Source of the DNA: Phoronis australis
Taxonomy: Eukaryota; Animalia; Phoronida
DNA: 64,000 nt
NCBI GenBank assembly: GCA_002633005.1
Contig: NMRA01000017.1
Coordinates: 516,260 to 580,259 of the forward strand
Direction: 5' to 3'
The notes below the pieces were generated by a model. It was not told where the DNA came from. It worked only from the letters and a program-made list of their open reading frames with translations, and made no database searches. Both the position numbers and the translations under genes were made by a program. Below are positions 61,653 to 64,000 of the stretch, piece after piece (the first letter of the stretch is position 1; every line of letters starts with the position of its first letter).

Positions 61653-62650
61653 CACTATTACGGAGGTTCACTTCTCCTAAGGCTCACTATTCCGAAGGTT
61701 CACTATTTTGAAGGTTCACAACTCTGAAGCTTCTCCACTATGAAAATCTATCAAGTTTCGGACTCACAGTGACGGATTTAGGAGTGGGGGCAGGGAGATC
61801 ATGCCCTTCCCTAAAATTCTTTCACAATTCATTTGGCAGTTCGAAGAGGTAAAATCCTGGCTAATACTATTCCCTGGCCCCCCCTAACTCAAAATCCTGG
61901 ATCCGCCACTGACTCGGGTATATTTTTTATTCTTTTACATGCAAAGATAAACGATGCATCGGTTATTAGATGCACTGAGTGGTGTACCTATACCGAAACC
62001 ACTGTTTGGATTTCATGCCATGGCGAAATTGCCCGCATTTCCTACGAATACGGAAAATGAGTACATACTTGCATTTTTAAAGAATATGAAGTAGGAATAT
62101 TGACGAATTATCAACCACGATACCTTCATCAAATCCATGTCTAGATCACATCATTTCACAGCGCGACTGAAAAGTTTGGGCCGCTGCACCTCAACCTCAC
62201 CGACCCGCGGAATCACGCACACGGCCGGGTCGAAAATAAATGTAGTTTGGAGGCTACCGTGTCCCTGTCAGGCTTCACGAAGTCAGAGAGTCCCATTCAG
62301 TCTTCTTAAATTTAAAACCACCGTTGGTCGCCCAGATGTTGTCCCTGCTTGAGAATTAGTCGTTAGTTAGATTCAAGATTGGAAGTGATTGGAACTGGGC
62401 TCATTTGCTAACAACGTAATCAGCGTTTTTAGATCTATTCAGTTCTTGCACACTCTTTAAATGGTTGCTAAATGGTCATAAATACAATACTTTATTCATG
62501 TCAGTCGGAGCTCTGGTTTCGGAGTATGTGGACATTCGAAGCAGTGAACTTTCGAAGGTTGCGAACCTTCGGACTCGGAGTAGTGAACCTGCAGATCGAG
62601 TAGTCGACCTTCAGATTAGTAAACTTTCGTAATAGAGACATGAAACCTAG
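61653..62650. repeat. Inverted pair of 16-bp minisatellite arrays (CACTATTCCGAAGGTT), probable subterminal repeats of a non-autonomous DNA element
   Basis: About five degenerate units at 61653-61732 and reverse-complement units at ~62515-62635. Confidence 0.55.
61767..61911. mobile_element. 145-bp hAT-like MITE (CAGTGrCGGAT...ATCCGCCACTG)
   Basis: Inverted termini; related ends at ~59633 (CAGTGACGGATCTAGG) and ~60650 (CCTAAATCCGCCTATG). Confidence 0.7.
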
Positions 62651-64000
62651 GAAATCTTCTCCATCAAGTTTGTTGCTAGTATGAAGTCTGCGAGGTTGTG
62701 CACCATTGACAATGATTGGCAAGAAAAGACTTTCTTCATTGACCAACGTTTTTATTAGGTCTAAGCCTACTTTTCCCTAATAATGTGAACGTGTTCATCT
62801 GGGCTTTCTTAGTGCAAGAAAACACGGGCGACGGGCGGGAGACTGTGCACTGAAGGGAAGCGCACACACGTGCACACGCATCACGGCATGCCAAACCACC
62901 AACGCACAATCAAATTAAGAGGACACTGGATAAACAACATATTTGACGATGACTTTCTTATTCGAAATTTGAAAATGCCTTTACCGTATTATGCCAGCAA
63001 ATATACAAAAATAGCAGATGAACAAGCCTATTTTGTTTTGTTTGGTCGATTTTAAGGCATTCACACTTCACACCTCACTACTTTTTGTGAGATCTCTCGC
63101 TGCCATATAGCTCAGCGCCCCTCAGTGGCCGCACCGCCTATGAGACCATGTGCAGGGTAGCACTGGTGCGGCGACCACTGATCTCAGTGTTACTGCCAGC
63201 CAGACTCCTTTGTTACTCTATAAGGTGTGGCCACCACGCGTGTTCCGAATGTAGATGACTAACATTACGACTCCTTTAATCGTCTGCAAGATCCTGTCAT
63301 CTATGCAAACTTGCACCACTCGAGCGAAGTTGGCCGTACAGCCCGATCTAGCTGAAGCGCTTTGCCTCAGAAGCAAATTCAAAATTATTACTAACTTACT
63401 CATTGTAGAAATAATTTTGTTGTAGTTGTCTATCGGACGGGCTTGACCTTTTCGATTAAAACCGGCCCCCCGCGAACCACCTGACTACGAGCCTGAGTGT
63501 CTAAAAAAAGACACGGCGTGGCGTTAAATCGGCAAGGCCACGGCTAGCCTATATATATTCTAGGCCATTTGCTTTTCTAAAGGTTCTCAAACAAGGCATT
63601 ATTTCGCCCGGCTCATGTCTTGTATTTCGGGTAATATGGTATGTATCTATATAGATATCTGCATTTACTGCTAAGAAGCTTTTAAGTTTTGGAGAGCGAA
63701 AACCGATGCGTGCGCAACCCAGGCTGAGAATATAAGCATATACTTGTGGGATACGAGTTACCCAGTCCAGAATCCACGAAGTGTCTCGCGAGCGATCGTC
63801 TGCTCGACAATAAGCTGGCAAATGGTTTCGGGCAGATGCTACCTGTTTACTCGCATCTATGATAAAATGAACCTATGGTTGTTTGAAATACTACTCGAAT
63901 GCAGATCCTATCTGCGTCAAGCGGCATTGCTTTGGATGAACGCTATTCCACAACCCTTTATGGCGCCCCACGCATCCGCGAAAAGGTCCCGTAAGGCGCT

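Overview
AT-rich, intron-containing eukaryotic DNA from a draft invertebrate assembly (N-gaps at 9133-9504 and 21078-21547, single Ns at 16550 and 60619). It is not prokaryotic, and there is no CRISPR array, operon or rRNA. Two spliced host genes can be reconstructed by hand. (1) The last two coding exons of a calmodulin-like EF-hand protein lie on + (4407-4501, 5929-6133). (2) A class B (secretin-family) GPCR most similar to pigment-dispersing-factor receptors lies on -, with nine phase-compatible exons spanning 27524 to about 10158. Its TM4 and TM5 exons occur twice, in a ~1 kb duplication across a single N that looks like two haplotypes. The rest is transposon-rich: a Kolobok-like end with a KolX/P2X7-ballast-like first exon, Penelope-like retroelement relics with minimal hammerhead-ribozyme motifs, an endonuclease-deleted RTE LINE, a THAP-domain DNA-transposon relic, many MITE/foldback elements, tRNA-derived heads and microsatellites. 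The most unusual structure is at 50977-51212: a 65-bp-arm hairpin whose loop is a hammerhead-like core and whose right arm runs into a tRNA-like Pol III unit. All family assignments rest on motif recognition, not database searches.
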